Sequence record: MN648445
Direction: 5' to 3' (one strand)
Origin: Escherichia phage FP43
DNA: 64,000 nucleotides
Part shown: positions 1 through 9,302 of the stretch, in pieces
How the letters are laid out: the number at the start of each line of letters is the position of its first letter
Position numbering within the stretch: the first letter of the stretch is position 1
Made by a program: the position numbers and the translations under genes
The notes under the pieces: generated by a model
The model's database searches: none
What the model saw: only the letters and a program-made list of their open reading frames with translations
What the model was told of the DNA's origin: nothing

Positions 1-267
1 GCTTTGCTTGATTCAGACGAAACACTTGAATATCCATGTACTGACTCAGTGACTTATTATATTCGTGATGGTAAGCTTTATACCCACTGCCATATGCGTT
101 CTCAGAACTGTGCTGTTGTTATGCAGTTGGATTTTTATCTCCAAGGAAAATTACTTCATTATATCGCTAACGAATGTGGTGTAGAAGTTGGTGATTATAC
201 TCATACCATGGTAAGTGCCCATGTGTTTGAACGTGATTTTGATTATGTTAAAGGATTCCTTGACTAA
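1..267 (+). CDS. 42: dCMP hydroxymethylase, C-terminal fragment (gene runs off the 5' edge of the window)
   Basis: Frame-1 ORF open from base 1; thymidylate-synthase-fold C-terminal motifs (CHMRSQN..., IANECG, SAHVF) paralogous to the td gene in this window; lies upstream of uvsX as in T4. Confidence 0.6.
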   Translation, partial: ALLDSDETLEYPCTDSVTYYIRDGKLYTHCHMRSQNCAVVMQLDFYLQGKLLHYIANECGVEVGDYTHTMVSAHVFERDFDYVKGFLD

Positions 268-1166
268 TGGCTATTTTCCGCGTACCAATCTTAAGTATGC
301 GGTCTTATGAAACTGGACAGTATGCTATCCTTAAGGATGGCAACTTCCAACTTCATTTGCACCGTGCTAATCCAGGTGATGTGATTACATATCCACGTAA
401 TGCATCTGATATTAAAGAATGTGAACGTCTTTTCCCGGAATTTAAGTTTGTTCCATTATGGTATAAAGATAACGCGTATAACACTCGTAAATATTTCTGG
501 TCTGAAAATGAATTTGTGGTTGATTCATTAATTGCTTATTATGATTGTGATTTTCTAATAACAGATATCACTGGATATGACGGCGCTTTTGATGTAGAAT
601 TCAATTTCAATATCACGGCAGACCCTAATAAACCACGTTTTTATATTGACGAATTCTTAAAAACCGATATGTTGTCAGTTAATCGTTCACTTCAAACTAC
701 TGTGTTGAATGAACGTCAAAAAGAAGTGCTGGTTAACGCCGGTGCAGATGTTAATAAGATTATCGTAACGCAGAAAGTTATACGTCCTTCCATCATGCAG
801 CGTCTTGTAGGTGATTTGGCTCCTATTCATCTAGATGGTATTTTTCATCCATTTCGAATTAGTGACCCATGTTATCGTTTTGAACAAGTGGTTGAATGTG
901 CAATTCAATTAGGACAACCGCTTTATATAACCGATCCAAATAATAGCTTTGACAGAAATAAGTATCCTGAAGAAGCGCTGATTCGAATTTTTAAACCAAC
1001 TAAAACTGAGTACTATCAAATTCTTAAAGGACGTCCGAAAATTCAATATTTCGAAAATCCTGAAGAAGTATTCCATCCAGGTCTTGGTGAGTTCATCTAC
1101 TTTAATGCTTTAATTTCTTCACCGTATAATATACCTAAATACGAAGATGTCGTAATCGAGGAATAA
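267..1166 (+). CDS. hypothetical protein at the beta-gt position; possible GT-B glycosyltransferase
   Basis: ATG overlaps upstream stop (TAATG); C-terminal stretch RFEQVVECAIQLGQPLYITD resembles the GT-B donor-binding E-x-x-x-E-x-A-x-x-x-G-x-P motif; no resemblance to T4 beta-gt that I can see. Confidence 0.45.
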   Translation: MAIFRVPILSMRSYETGQYAILKDGNFQLHLHRANPGDVITYPRNASDIKECERLFPEFKFVPLWYKDNAYNTRKYFWSENEFVVDSLIAYYDCDFLITDITGYDGAFDVEFNFNITADPNKPRFYIDEFLKTDMLSVNRSLQTTVLNERQKEVLVNAGADVNKIIVTQKVIRPSIMQRLVGDLAPIHLDGIFHPFRISDPCYRFEQVVECAIQLGQPLYITDPNNSFDRNKYPEEALIRIFKPTKTEYYQILKGRPKIQYFENPEEVFHPGLGEFIYFNALISSPYNIPKYEDVVIEE

Positions 1167-1167
1167 A

Positions 1168-1716
1168 ATGGCTAAAATTATTTTAGTAGACGGCCCGGAT
1201 AATGCCGGTAAAACAACTTTCATTAATGACATAATGGAAATTAGTGAAAGATATGTGAAGATTGATTTCCCTAAACGAACAGTTGATGGACGTTTCGATG
1301 TTAAGTCTCGAAATGAAGTTGGCTGTTTCGAAACGATGTTGAATTATTTAGACCCTACTAAGATTTATCTGTTAGACCGTGGATATATTAGTAACTGGGT
1401 TTATGGACGTATTCGACAAGATGCGGACTCGGTTCTTGACGTTTATGAACAGGACTATGTTCGTCTTTGCCAAAACCATGATGTGTTCACAATTATTTTA
1501 ACACGTAACGAAATGACTGAAAGTTTTGAAGACGACCTTATTACTTTGTCTTCATTCGGTTTTAATACAGTCATTTCACATTTTGAAGAGTTTGCAATTC
1601 ATAACAAAATCCAAACGTATCAATTACTTAATCATGATGGTGCTAACAAAGTTATAGGATTTAATGCAAGCGAACGTAATGGTTTGATTACAGAAATCAT
1701 CAAATGGGCTCGTTAA
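1168..1716 (+). CDS. P-loop nucleotide/nucleoside kinase-like protein (Tmk/dNK-like)
   Basis: Walker A GPDNAGKTT at residues 9-17; LLDRGYISNWVYG about 55 aa downstream resembles the DRY/S motif of thymidylate kinases. Confidence 0.55.
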   Translation: MAKIILVDGPDNAGKTTFINDIMEISERYVKIDFPKRTVDGRFDVKSRNEVGCFETMLNYLDPTKIYLLDRGYISNWVYGRIRQDADSVLDVYEQDYVRLCQNHDVFTIILTRNEMTESFEDDLITLSSFGFNTVISHFEEFAIHNKIQTYQLLNHDGANKVIGFNASERNGLITEIIKWAR

Positions 1717-1815
1717 GAGCCTATTTAAAGTTTTAAATGCTGTATAACCCTTAGTATATAATCGTTTTATCTTTTAAACATGAGTAAAATATAATGATGC
1801 CTATGGAAAAATACA

Positions 1816-2988
1816 ATGTCTGATTTAAAATCTCGTCTGATTAAAGCTTCTACTTCTAAAATGACTGCAGACTTGACTAAGTCTAAGCTGTTTAATAATC
1901 GTGATGAAGTCCCTACTCGTATTCCGATGTTGAATATCGCACTAGGTGGTGCTCTGAATGCAGGATTGCAATCAGGCTTGACTATTTTTGCTGCACCTTC
2001 TAAACACTTTAAAACGCTGTTTGGACTGACTATGGATGCAGCGTATATGAAGAAATATAAAGATGCAATCTGTTTGTTTTATGACTCGGAATTTGGTGCT
2101 TCAGAATCTTATTTTCGTTCAATGGGTGTTGATTTAGACCGTGTAGTTCATACACCAATTCAGTCCGTCGAACAACTTAAAGTTGATATGACTAATCAGC
2201 TTGACGCTATTGAACGTGGTGATAAAGTTATTATCTTTATCGATTCAATCGGTAATACTGCATCTAAGAAAGAAACCGAAGATGCATTGAACGAGAAAGT
2301 CGTAGGTGATATGTCCCGTGCTAAGGCACTTAAATCTCTGTTCCGTATTGTGACCCCTTATCTGACTATTAAAGATATTCCGTGTGTTGCAATCAACCAT
2401 ACAGCAATGGAAATCGGCGGACTATATCCTAAAGAGATTATGGGTGGTGGTACAGGTATTCTTTACTCTGCTAACACTGTATTCTTTATCTCTAAACGTC
2501 AGGTTAAAGAAGGTACAGAATTGACCGGTTATGACTTCACGTTGAAAGCAGAAAAATCTCGTACAGTTAAAGAGAAATCTACTTTCCCAATCACGGTTAA
2601 TTTTGATGGCGGTATCGACCCATTCAGTGGCTTGTTAGAAATGGCAACTGAAATTGGATTTGTTGTTAAGCCTAAAGCCGGTTGGTATGCTCGTGAATTC
2701 CTTGACGAAGAAACAGGTGAAATGATTCGTGAAGAGAAATCGTGGCGTGCTAAAGCTACTGATTGTGTAGAATTCTGGGGACCGTTGTTTAAACACAAAC
2801 CTTTCCGAGATGCAATTGAAACTAAATATAAACTAGGTGCTATCTCTTCTATTAAAGAAGTTGATGACGCTGTTAACGACCTTATTAATTGCAAAGCAAC
2901 AACTAAAGTTCCTGTTAAAGCTTCTGATGCTCCGTCTGCAGCAGATATAGAAAACGACCTTGACGAAATGGAAGATTTCGATGAATAA
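1816..2988 (+). CDS. uvsX: UvsX recombinase (RecA-like strand-exchange protein)
   Basis: 390 aa; RecA-fold core and N-terminus MSDLKSRLIKASTSKMTA as recalled for T4 UvsX; acidic C-terminal tail. Confidence 0.93.
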   Translation: MSDLKSRLIKASTSKMTADLTKSKLFNNRDEVPTRIPMLNIALGGALNAGLQSGLTIFAAPSKHFKTLFGLTMDAAYMKKYKDAICLFYDSEFGASESYFRSMGVDLDRVVHTPIQSVEQLKVDMTNQLDAIERGDKVIIFIDSIGNTASKKETEDALNEKVVGDMSRAKALKSLFRIVTPYLTIKDIPCVAINHTAMEIGGLYPKEIMGGGTGILYSANTVFFISKRQVKEGTELTGYDFTLKAEKSRTVKEKSTFPITVNFDGGIDPFSGLLEMATEIGFVVKPKAGWYAREFLDEETGEMIREEKSWRAKATDCVEFWGPLFKHKPFRDAIETKYKLGAISSIKEVDDAVNDLINCKATTKVPVKASDAPSAADIENDLDEMEDFDE

Positions 2989-3322
2989 TCTCGATGATTT
3001 AAATCTAGAAATCGTTGATGAATCCCCTTCTTCGGAAGGGGAAGACATTCGCAAAGAACGAGTGTTTAATGAATCTCTTAAAATTATCCGTTCAGCAATG
3101 GAAAATGTCATTCAAGAGATTCTGATTACACTTGAAGACGGTTCCCATCATATAGTCTATATTACAAAACTAGACTGGGTTGATGGTAAAATCGTAATGG
3201 ACTTTGCAGTTCTTGACCAGGACAGAAAAGCAGAACTTGCACCACATGTTGAAAAATGTGTTACAATGCAAGTACAACAAGCTTTTAATGAACGAACCAA
3301 GAAAAAATTTAAATTCTTTTAA
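2981..3322 (+). CDS. 40: gp40 head vertex assembly protein (probable)
   Basis: ORF between uvsX and gene 41 as in T4; start ambiguous (ATG 2960 or 2981, both overlapping uvsX 3' end). Confidence 0.55.
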   Translation: MNNLDDLNLEIVDESPSSEGEDIRKERVFNESLKIIRSAMENVIQEILITLEDGSHHIVYITKLDWVDGKIVMDFAVLDQDRKAELAPHVEKCVTMQVQQAFNERTKKKFKFF

Positions 3323-3331
3323 GGAGTTATC

Positions 3332-4774
3332 GTGGTAGAAATTATTTTGTCTCATCTCGTATACGACCAGGCTTATTTTTCTAAGGTCTGGCCTTATATG
3401 GATTCTGAGTATTTTGAGCGTGGACCGGCAAAAAATGTCTTTAAAATTATAAAGAGCCACGTTAACGAATATAATGCAATGCCATCTATCAATGCATTAA
3501 AGGTGGCTTTAGATAACAGTTCTTTAACTGAAGCCGAATATAAAGGAACTTCAGACCTAATTGAAAAATTGGCTGATACTCCTGAAGACCACGAATGGTT
3601 GGTTAAAGAAACTGAGAAATATGTCCAGCAAAAAGCGATGTATAATGCTACATCCAAAATCATTGAGATTCAGTCTAATGCTGAACTACCTCCAGAACAA
3701 CGTAACAAGAAAATGCCTGACGTAGGAGCTATTCCTGATATTATGCGTCAAGCACTTTCAATTTCGTTTGATAGTTATGTTGGTCATGACTGGATGGAAG
3801 ACTATGAAGCACGCTGGCTTTCTTATCTAAATAAAGCACGTAAGGTCCCGTTCAAATTAAACATTCTTAATAAAATCACCAAAGGTGGCGCAGAAACAGG
3901 TACACTGAACGTTTTAATGGCCGGTGTTAACGTTGGTAAATCTTTAGGCCTTTGTTCACTTGCTGCAGATTATCTTCAAACAGGACATAATGTTCTTTAT
4001 ATTTCCATGGAAATGGCTGAAGAAGTTTGTGCTAAGCGTATAGATGCAAACATGCTTGACGTATCACTCGATGATATCGATGATGGTAACGTATCTTATG
4101 CTGAATATAAAGCCAAGATGGAAAAATGGCGTTCAAAATCAACATTAGGACGTTTAGTAGTTAAACAGTATCCTACTGGTGGAGCTAACGCTAATACATT
4201 TCGTGCATTGCTTAATGAGTTAAAACTTAAGAAGAACTTTGTGCCATCTGTAATCATGGTTGATTACTTAGGTATTTGTGGGTCTTGTCGTATCAGAGTT
4301 TACACTGAAAATAGCTACACATTAGTTAAAGCTATCGCAGAAGAACTTCGTGCATTAGCAGTAGAATCTGAAACAGTTCTATGGACTGCAGCCCAAGTAG
4401 GACGTGCAGCATGGGATGCTTCAGACATGAACATGAGTGATATCGCAGAATCAGCAGGTTTACCAGCAACGGCAGATTTCATGTTGGCTGTAATTGAAAC
4501 CGAAGAACTTGCACAAGCTGAACAACAACTTATCAAACAAATCAAATCACGATATGGTGATAAGAATAAGTGGAATAAATTCCTGATGGGTGTACGTAAA
4601 GGTAACCAGAAATGGATTGAGATTGAGCAAGAAGGCATGAACACACCTAACACAGTAAATGAAAACGCAGGTGCTCAGATGCGTCAGGCAGAGGTGAATC
4701 GTACGGAACGCGTAGGTAAAGCCAAAGCAACACGTGCTGACCTAGATAGCTTAGCCAATGAGTTAAAATTTTAA
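3332..4774 (+). CDS. 41: gp41 replicative DNA helicase (DnaB family)
   Basis: GTG start 6 nt after AAGGAG; Walker A GVNVGKS; sequence nearly identical to T4 gp41 as I recall it; 480 aa. Confidence 0.95.
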   Translation: MVEIILSHLVYDQAYFSKVWPYMDSEYFERGPAKNVFKIIKSHVNEYNAMPSINALKVALDNSSLTEAEYKGTSDLIEKLADTPEDHEWLVKETEKYVQQKAMYNATSKIIEIQSNAELPPEQRNKKMPDVGAIPDIMRQALSISFDSYVGHDWMEDYEARWLSYLNKARKVPFKLNILNKITKGGAETGTLNVLMAGVNVGKSLGLCSLAADYLQTGHNVLYISMEMAEEVCAKRIDANMLDVSLDDIDDGNVSYAEYKAKMEKWRSKSTLGRLVVKQYPTGGANANTFRALLNELKLKKNFVPSVIMVDYLGICGSCRIRVYTENSYTLVKAIAEELRALAVESETVLWTAAQVGRAAWDASDMNMSDIAESAGLPATADFMLAVIETEELAQAEQQLIKQIKSRYGDKNKWNKFLMGVRKGNQKWIEIEQEGMNTPNTVNENAGAQMRQAEVNRTERVGKAKATRADLDSLANELKF

Positions 4775-4780
4775 TAAAAA

Positions 4781-4800
4781 GGAGACTTCGGTCTCCTTTC
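4781..4800 (+). terminator. hairpin GGAGAC-TTCG-GTCTCC followed by short T run
   Basis: perfect 6-bp stem with TTCG tetraloop directly after gene 41 stop. Confidence 0.5.
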
Positions 4801-4862
4801 GGGGTTTACATCTTCCTCTAGGCATGATATGATGTACTTACACCAACCAAGAGGAAAACATT

Positions 4863-5237
4863 ATGAATATGTCTCAAGCAATTTTTACTGCAATCACCGA
4901 AAACACAACTGTTGAAGTAGTTTCTCCGCTAGCAACCTACGTTATTCTTGCTCCTAAAACTATTGTATCTCGTATGGAAAACATGGGCAAACGTATCGTA
5001 CAAATTGTTGGAGCCGGAAATCAAAAACTTGATTATCTGCGAACCATCAAAGCTTATGAACATTTCCAACTCGAAAAAGGTTCTCCTATCCAGGTAGAAC
5101 TCGTAAATGGTGATATCGTTCGAGCAATGTTCCATCATTTCTATGCATTGAATGACCCATCTAAAGCGGTTCGTTTAATTGCATACGACGCAAACCAAAA
5201 CGAAATCAACGCAGATATATCTAAATTACGTTTTTAA
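4863..5237 (+). CDS. hypothetical protein (61.x/dmd region)
   Basis: 124-aa ORF, co-directional in early-gene block; no recognisable motif. Confidence 0.6.
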   Translation: MNMSQAIFTAITENTTVEVVSPLATYVILAPKTIVSRMENMGKRIVQIVGAGNQKLDYLRTIKAYEHFQLEKGSPIQVELVNGDIVRAMFHHFYALNDPSKAVRLIAYDANQNEINADISKLRF

Positions 5238-5288
5238 GTTTACTTCTCCAGTAGTTGTGTTATTATAGACCTATCAACTACTGGAGAA
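5238..5288 (+). promoter_or_regulatory. early-type promoter (GTTTAC 5238-5243, TATTAT 5261-5266) embedded in 14-bp inverted repeat 5244-5257/5275-5288
   Basis: sigma70-like -35/-10 spacing; perfect inverted repeat TTCTCCAGTAGTTG/CAACTACTGGAGAA with -10 in the loop; 5 nt upstream of ORF 5293. Confidence 0.6.
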
Positions 5289-5292
5289 CAAA

Positions 5293-5610
5293 ATGAAAAC
5301 CATCGATTGTAAAGCAGAATTTAAGATTTTTTATCACGGTTCAAGTAGTTCAGCTAACATCGAAAACATGCTTTGTCCTCCTGAAGAAACAGGAGTTCTG
5401 TCTGAAACCGGACGTAAGAAAAACTTGAATCGTGTATTCTTTACTGAAGATATCGGTTTAGCAAAGATTTATGCAGGACGAGCCGCACGCTCTTATGGAG
5501 GTGAACCGCGTCTCTATCGAGTAATTTCTCCGGTAGACGTAGTTCAAATGAATAATACTAAAGGTGCTACAGTTTATCACGCTGAATGGGCATTTTGCGA
5601 GGAAATATGA
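5293..5610 (+). CDS. hypothetical protein
   Basis: 105-aa ORF; stop overlaps dmd start (ATGA); contains YHGSSS ... YAGRAARSY ... YHAEW stretches. Confidence 0.6.
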   Translation: MKTIDCKAEFKIFYHGSSSSANIENMLCPPEETGVLSETGRKKNLNRVFFTEDIGLAKIYAGRAARSYGGEPRLYRVISPVDVVQMNNTKGATVYHAEWAFCEEI

Positions 5611-5795
5611 GCAAATTAACTAAAGTTACTTTTATTGGCTGGTTTAAAAGCGGCGAGATGTTCACTAAAGATATCATGTTATCAGGTGATCGTGAAGAAA
5701 TCGAGTGGGTTGCGGTACAACTTGCTGAAGTGAACAATGCATTAGTTAAAGCATTTATTAATGACGAGAAAGTTTTTGAAGCTGATTTTCGATAA
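5607..5795 (+). CDS. dmd: Dmd antitoxin-like protein (inhibitor of RnlA/LsoA-type RNases)
   Basis: 62 aa; FIGWFKSGEMFTK ... VKAFINDEKV matches my recollection of T4 Dmd (61.5); position next to gene 41 block. Confidence 0.75.
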   Translation: MSKLTKVTFIGWFKSGEMFTKDIMLSGDREEIEWVAVQLAEVNNALVKAFINDEKVFEADFR

Positions 5796-5808
5796 TTTTA
5801 AAATAGCT

Positions 5809-5838
5809 GTTTACAAGCACCACATACTGTGTTACTAT
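5809..5838 (+). promoter_or_regulatory. early-type promoter (GTTTAC / TACTAT)
   Basis: GTTTACA at 5809-5815, -10-like at 5833-5838, upstream of ORF 5867. Confidence 0.5.
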
Positions 5839-5866
5839 CTTTCTATCAACTACAGAGGAAATTGAA

Positions 5867-6235
5867 ATGAAAAAATTAATCGCTTTAGCAATGGTATTTG
5901 GATTAACCGGATGCGGTGCTCATGGCTTTATCCCTAATAACGTTGGCCAATTGATTTACAATCCGAATGTTAAACAGTATGACCAACCTAAAGTTGAAGT
6001 GGAAGACCCGGTTACTGTAGGTAATCGAATGATTCAAGCTGATGCCCATGCTCAACGTTATCGTGATTCTGATACTATAGCATTGACAAAAGAACAACGC
6101 GTTAAAGAACATTGTCTACAGGCTACTGAAATCGCATTCATTCGCTATGTTGAAACAACGGGTAAAGAGCCTACCCAGAAACAAATCGCGAATAACTACG
6201 TCCGGTGTATTGAACGTTTAAACAAATTTAATTAA
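5867..6235 (+). CDS. putative lipoprotein
   Basis: N-terminal signal with lipobox LTGC (MKKLIALAMVFGLTGCGA). Confidence 0.6.
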   Translation: MKKLIALAMVFGLTGCGAHGFIPNNVGQLIYNPNVKQYDQPKVEVEDPVTVGNRMIQADAHAQRYRDSDTIALTKEQRVKEHCLQATEIAFIRYVETTGKEPTQKQIANNYVRCIERLNKFN

Positions 6236-6296
6236 TTGGTTTACGCCAAAGTTAAAACAAGATACTATAAACATAACAAATCAAGAGGAAATTAAC

Positions 6297-6545
6297 ATGG
6301 AATTATTCGTAGCTAGTTCAGTAGCAGTTTTAATCGCAGGTATTGGTTCAATCATCATTTACATGTTGCCTTGGGTAATCGCACTTATTCGTGGCACAAA
6401 AAGCACAACAGCAATCTTCTTTGTATCTTTACTCTTTAACTGGACGATGGTTGGTTGGATTGGAACTTTAATTTGGTCTATCGTTGCCGAAAAGAAATCT
6501 TCTCAGCAGCCTCAACAAGTAATTATTATTCGCGAAAAAGAATAA
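6297..6545 (+). CDS. small membrane protein
   Basis: 82 aa, two hydrophobic helices. Confidence 0.55.
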   Translation: MELFVASSVAVLIAGIGSIIIYMLPWVIALIRGTKSTTAIFFVSLLFNWTMVGWIGTLIWSIVAEKKSSQQPQQVIIIREKE

Positions 6546-6549
6546 ACTT

Positions 6550-6584
6550 GTTTACATTATAGATGGACTATAGTATAGTAGTCC
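6550..6584 (+). promoter_or_regulatory. early-type promoter with short stem-loop (GGACTA/TAGTCC)
   Basis: GTTTAC 6550-6555; inverted repeat 6565-6570/6579-6584 spanning the -10 region; upstream of sp. Confidence 0.5.
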
Positions 6585-6608
6585 TATCAAATCAACTAAG
6601 GAGTTAAA

Positions 6609-6902
6609 ATGAAAAAGTTATCATTGGCAGCAATCTTACTTGCAGTATCATGTGCACCGGCTCCAGTTACAGCAGGTTATGATAAAGACCTCTGTGAGTG
6701 GTCAATGACTGCAAATCAAGAAGATGTTGAACATCAAATCTTCGCTGATATCATGAACATTACTAAACGAGACCGTCCTAATATGGTTAATAAAGTTGTT
6801 GAACAACTTAAGTCTGGCGGTATCATGCAGTACAACTATGTTTTGTATTGTGACCCTAATTTCGATAACAAAGATATCGTAACCGAAATCACAGGTGAAT
6901 AA
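6609..6902 (+). CDS. sp: Spackle periplasmic protein (superinfection exclusion / lysozyme inhibitor)
   Basis: 97 aa with signal peptide; AGYDKDLCEWSMTA ... MQYNYVLYCD matches recalled T4 Sp (61.3). Confidence 0.75.
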   Translation: MKKLSLAAILLAVSCAPAPVTAGYDKDLCEWSMTANQEDVEHQIFADIMNITKRDRPNMVNKVVEQLKSGGIMQYNYVLYCDPNFDNKDIVTEITGE

Positions 6903-6903
6903 T

Positions 6904-7554
6904 ATGATTTATTACATGCACAAAAACGCACCGTTTAAATATGGTAAATTTCCTAATGCACAATGTTATAATATAACGCCGAATGAAAATAATAACGGAT
7001 ATCATATTGGTGTAATTTTTGTAATTGTTAAAGATAACGAAATCGTTGCCTGGGCAGATTTTAAAGGTACAACGTATGACGTTAATCCAGTTCCGTTCAC
7101 ATATTATAATTTAATGGATTTGGCATACGACTATAATTGGTTTACTCATGATACTCTAGCACATGTTGAAGGCGTAGGATTTGACATCTCTTATTCTAGT
7201 TATTCATTATGTCCTATGAGCCGAGCTCACGGTAAAGATGTATCATATCTTTCAATTCGGAAACGTGTAAACTTCAAACGTAGTACAGAGTATGTTGGTG
7301 GACTCTTTGTTAAAGATAATAAAATAACCCGTATTAGTTATCCTTTAAGTGTAGGTCAAAAAGATGTTGATGTTGATTTAGACTTAACTGAAAATAACAT
7401 TAATCATATTGCTTCTGTATATTTTGATATCGATGAAAAAATTGTAGTGTGTGGATATGAATTACCACCTGAAGAAAAGGCTGAAACAATTGAAGTCGAA
7501 TTAGAAATTTCTGTTGATGACCAAATATTTAATGCATTTATGAATCGAGGTTAA
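6904..7554 (+). CDS. hypothetical protein
   Basis: ORF; ATG at 6904 preferred over upstream GTG 6895. Confidence 0.55.
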   Translation: MIYYMHKNAPFKYGKFPNAQCYNITPNENNNGYHIGVIFVIVKDNEIVAWADFKGTTYDVNPVPFTYYNLMDLAYDYNWFTHDTLAHVEGVGFDISYSSYSLCPMSRAHGKDVSYLSIRKRVNFKRSTEYVGGLFVKDNKITRISYPLSVGQKDVDVDLDLTENNINHIASVYFDIDEKIVVCGYELPPEEKAETIEVELEISVDDQIFNAFMNRG

Positions 7555-7555
7555 A

Positions 7556-7753
7556 ATGACTACTGCAATTTGCACTGGTTCTAAAATTAGTGTTTTTACA
7601 AGTTTTGAAGATTATGAAGTTGTTTCAAAACACCAATACCATATTAGCGTAAAAGCTAATGATGGTGTAATTTGGAATATTCCACACTATGAAGACACTA
7701 CATATGAAGTCACAGATGCGAACGGTGATAAAGCGATCTTTGTGATTGATTAA
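7556..7753 (+). CDS. hypothetical protein
   Basis: 65-aa ORF tightly packed between neighbours. Confidence 0.45.
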   Translation: MTTAICTGSKISVFTSFEDYEVVSKHQYHISVKANDGVIWNIPHYEDTTYEVTDANGDKAIFVID

Positions 7754-7772
7754 ATATACTCAGGAGGTACCT

Positions 7773-8240
7773 ATGGGTATTATTAACACTGCAATAGATT
7801 CAGTTTATGCATATAAGTTTATTCGACTAATGCAAAAACCTTTTACCGAATGGAAAGCGTACGAAGCCAAAATCATCGACGAACGTGGAAGTGTTCTTAA
7901 ACGTCCTTCCACTCCTGAAGAGAAAGCGGCTTATACACCTTTTCATGCTTCAGTTCGTTCAATGAAGCGAATGATGAGTACTGTTCCAGGTCTTAATGGA
8001 ATGGCCTCAATGATGTCTGCCTGGAGTGCCGTAGCATCCCGCTATAACATTACAGAAGAACAACAGAAAGAAATATTTAAAGAACTCCCTTTATTTGAGG
8101 ATATGGTTGCTGGTGATTCAGGTGGCAGCCCTCAAGCTATTGCATCAGGAACAACTACAGGTGCAGTCGTAAATAAAGGTCCAGAACAAATTCCTTCCAA
8201 GAAAAGAAAGCGAATTAAAGTAAATATTAATAAGTTGTGA
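7773..8240 (+). CDS. hypothetical protein
   Basis: ATG 7773 preceded by AGGAGG; Lys/Arg-rich C-terminus. Confidence 0.6.
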   Translation: MGIINTAIDSVYAYKFIRLMQKPFTEWKAYEAKIIDERGSVLKRPSTPEEKAAYTPFHASVRSMKRMMSTVPGLNGMASMMSAWSAVASRYNITEEQQKEIFKELPLFEDMVAGDSGGSPQAIASGTTTGAVVNKGPEQIPSKKRKRIKVNINKL

Positions 8241-8279
8241 TATGATGGCCTTATTAATTTAAGGCCTCTGGAGAATACT

Positions 8280-9302
8280 ATGGCTGAATGGATAGATAAT
8301 GAATTTGCTTATCGTGCGTTTTCTCACCTCCCTCGTTTTAGACAAATCAATAATTCAAGCACATTTAAATTAACATTTCGATGCCCAGTTTGTGGCGACT
8401 CTCAGACAGATGCAATGAAAGCCCGCGGATGGTATTACGGCGGTACTCCAGGTAATGTGCATTGCTATAACTGTCAATACCACAATACAATTTCCGGATA
8501 CTTAAAAGAGTATGATGAAGAGCTTTATCGCGAATATCTAATGGAAGTTCGTAAAGAAAAAGCTAGAATGGAACCGAAGATTGAAAAGGTTCCTGAACAT
8601 AAACCAGAACCGGAGAAAAAGACTATAAATTCTTTGCCGTCTTGTTCTCGTCTGGACAAACTGCCTGAAGAGCATCCTATTGTGAAATATGTTAAGTCTC
8701 GGTGTATTCCTAAAGAATCGTGGAATAGATTATGGTTCACATTAGAATGGCCTAAATTGGTCAACAAGATTCAACCTGGTACGTATAAGAAAGAGATTCC
8801 CGAGCCACGTTTAGTGATTCCTATTTTTAATAAAGATGGGAAGGCCGAGTCATTCCAAGGACGTGCACTTCGTAAAGATGCTCCTCAGAAATATATCACT
8901 ATTAAAGCGTTTGAGTCTGCAACAAAAATTTATGGTGTTGAACGTGTTAAGGAAGGAGACGTCTGGGTAATGGAAGGCCCTATTGATAGTTTATTCATAC
9001 CCAATGCAATCGCTATTACAGGCGGCTCGATAGATTTAGATGTGGTACCATTTAAAGAACGTCGGGTATGGGTAATGGATAATGAACCTAGGCATCCGGA
9101 TACTATAGCTCGCATGAAGCGATTAGTTGATGCAGGCGAACGTGTCATGTTCTGGGATCGAGCTCCATGGAGTTCAAAGGATGTGAATGATATGGTAATG
9201 AAAGAAAATGCAACACCACAAGAAATTTTAGAATATATGAAACAGAATATTTCAAGTGGGTTGCATGCTAAAATGAGATTATCTCGTTATTCGAAGATTT
9301 AA
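8280..9302 (+). CDS. 61: gp61 DNA primase
   Basis: 340 aa; N-terminal Cys4 zinc ribbon (CPVCGD ... CYNCQYH), Toprim-like C-terminal half; matches recalled T4 gp61. Confidence 0.92.
   Translation: MAEWIDNEFAYRAFSHLPRFRQINNSSTFKLTFRCPVCGDSQTDAMKARGWYYGGTPGNVHCYNCQYHNTISGYLKEYDEELYREYLMEVRKEKARMEPKIEKVPEHKPEPEKKTINSLPSCSRLDKLPEEHPIVKYVKSRCIPKESWNRLWFTLEWPKLVNKIQPGTYKKEIPEPRLVIPIFNKDGKAESFQGRALRKDAPQKYITIKAFESATKIYGVERVKEGDVWVMEGPIDSLFIPNAIAITGGSIDLDVVPFKERRVWVMDNEPRHPDTIARMKRLVDAGERVMFWDRAPWSSKDVNDMVMKENATPQEILEYMKQNISSGLHAKMRLSRYSKI

Noticed and set aside
2529-3111. Minus-strand ORFs (121 and 92 aa) inside uvsX and gene 40
   Set aside because: Lie entirely antisense to high-confidence conserved genes, lack RBS; typical antisense frames
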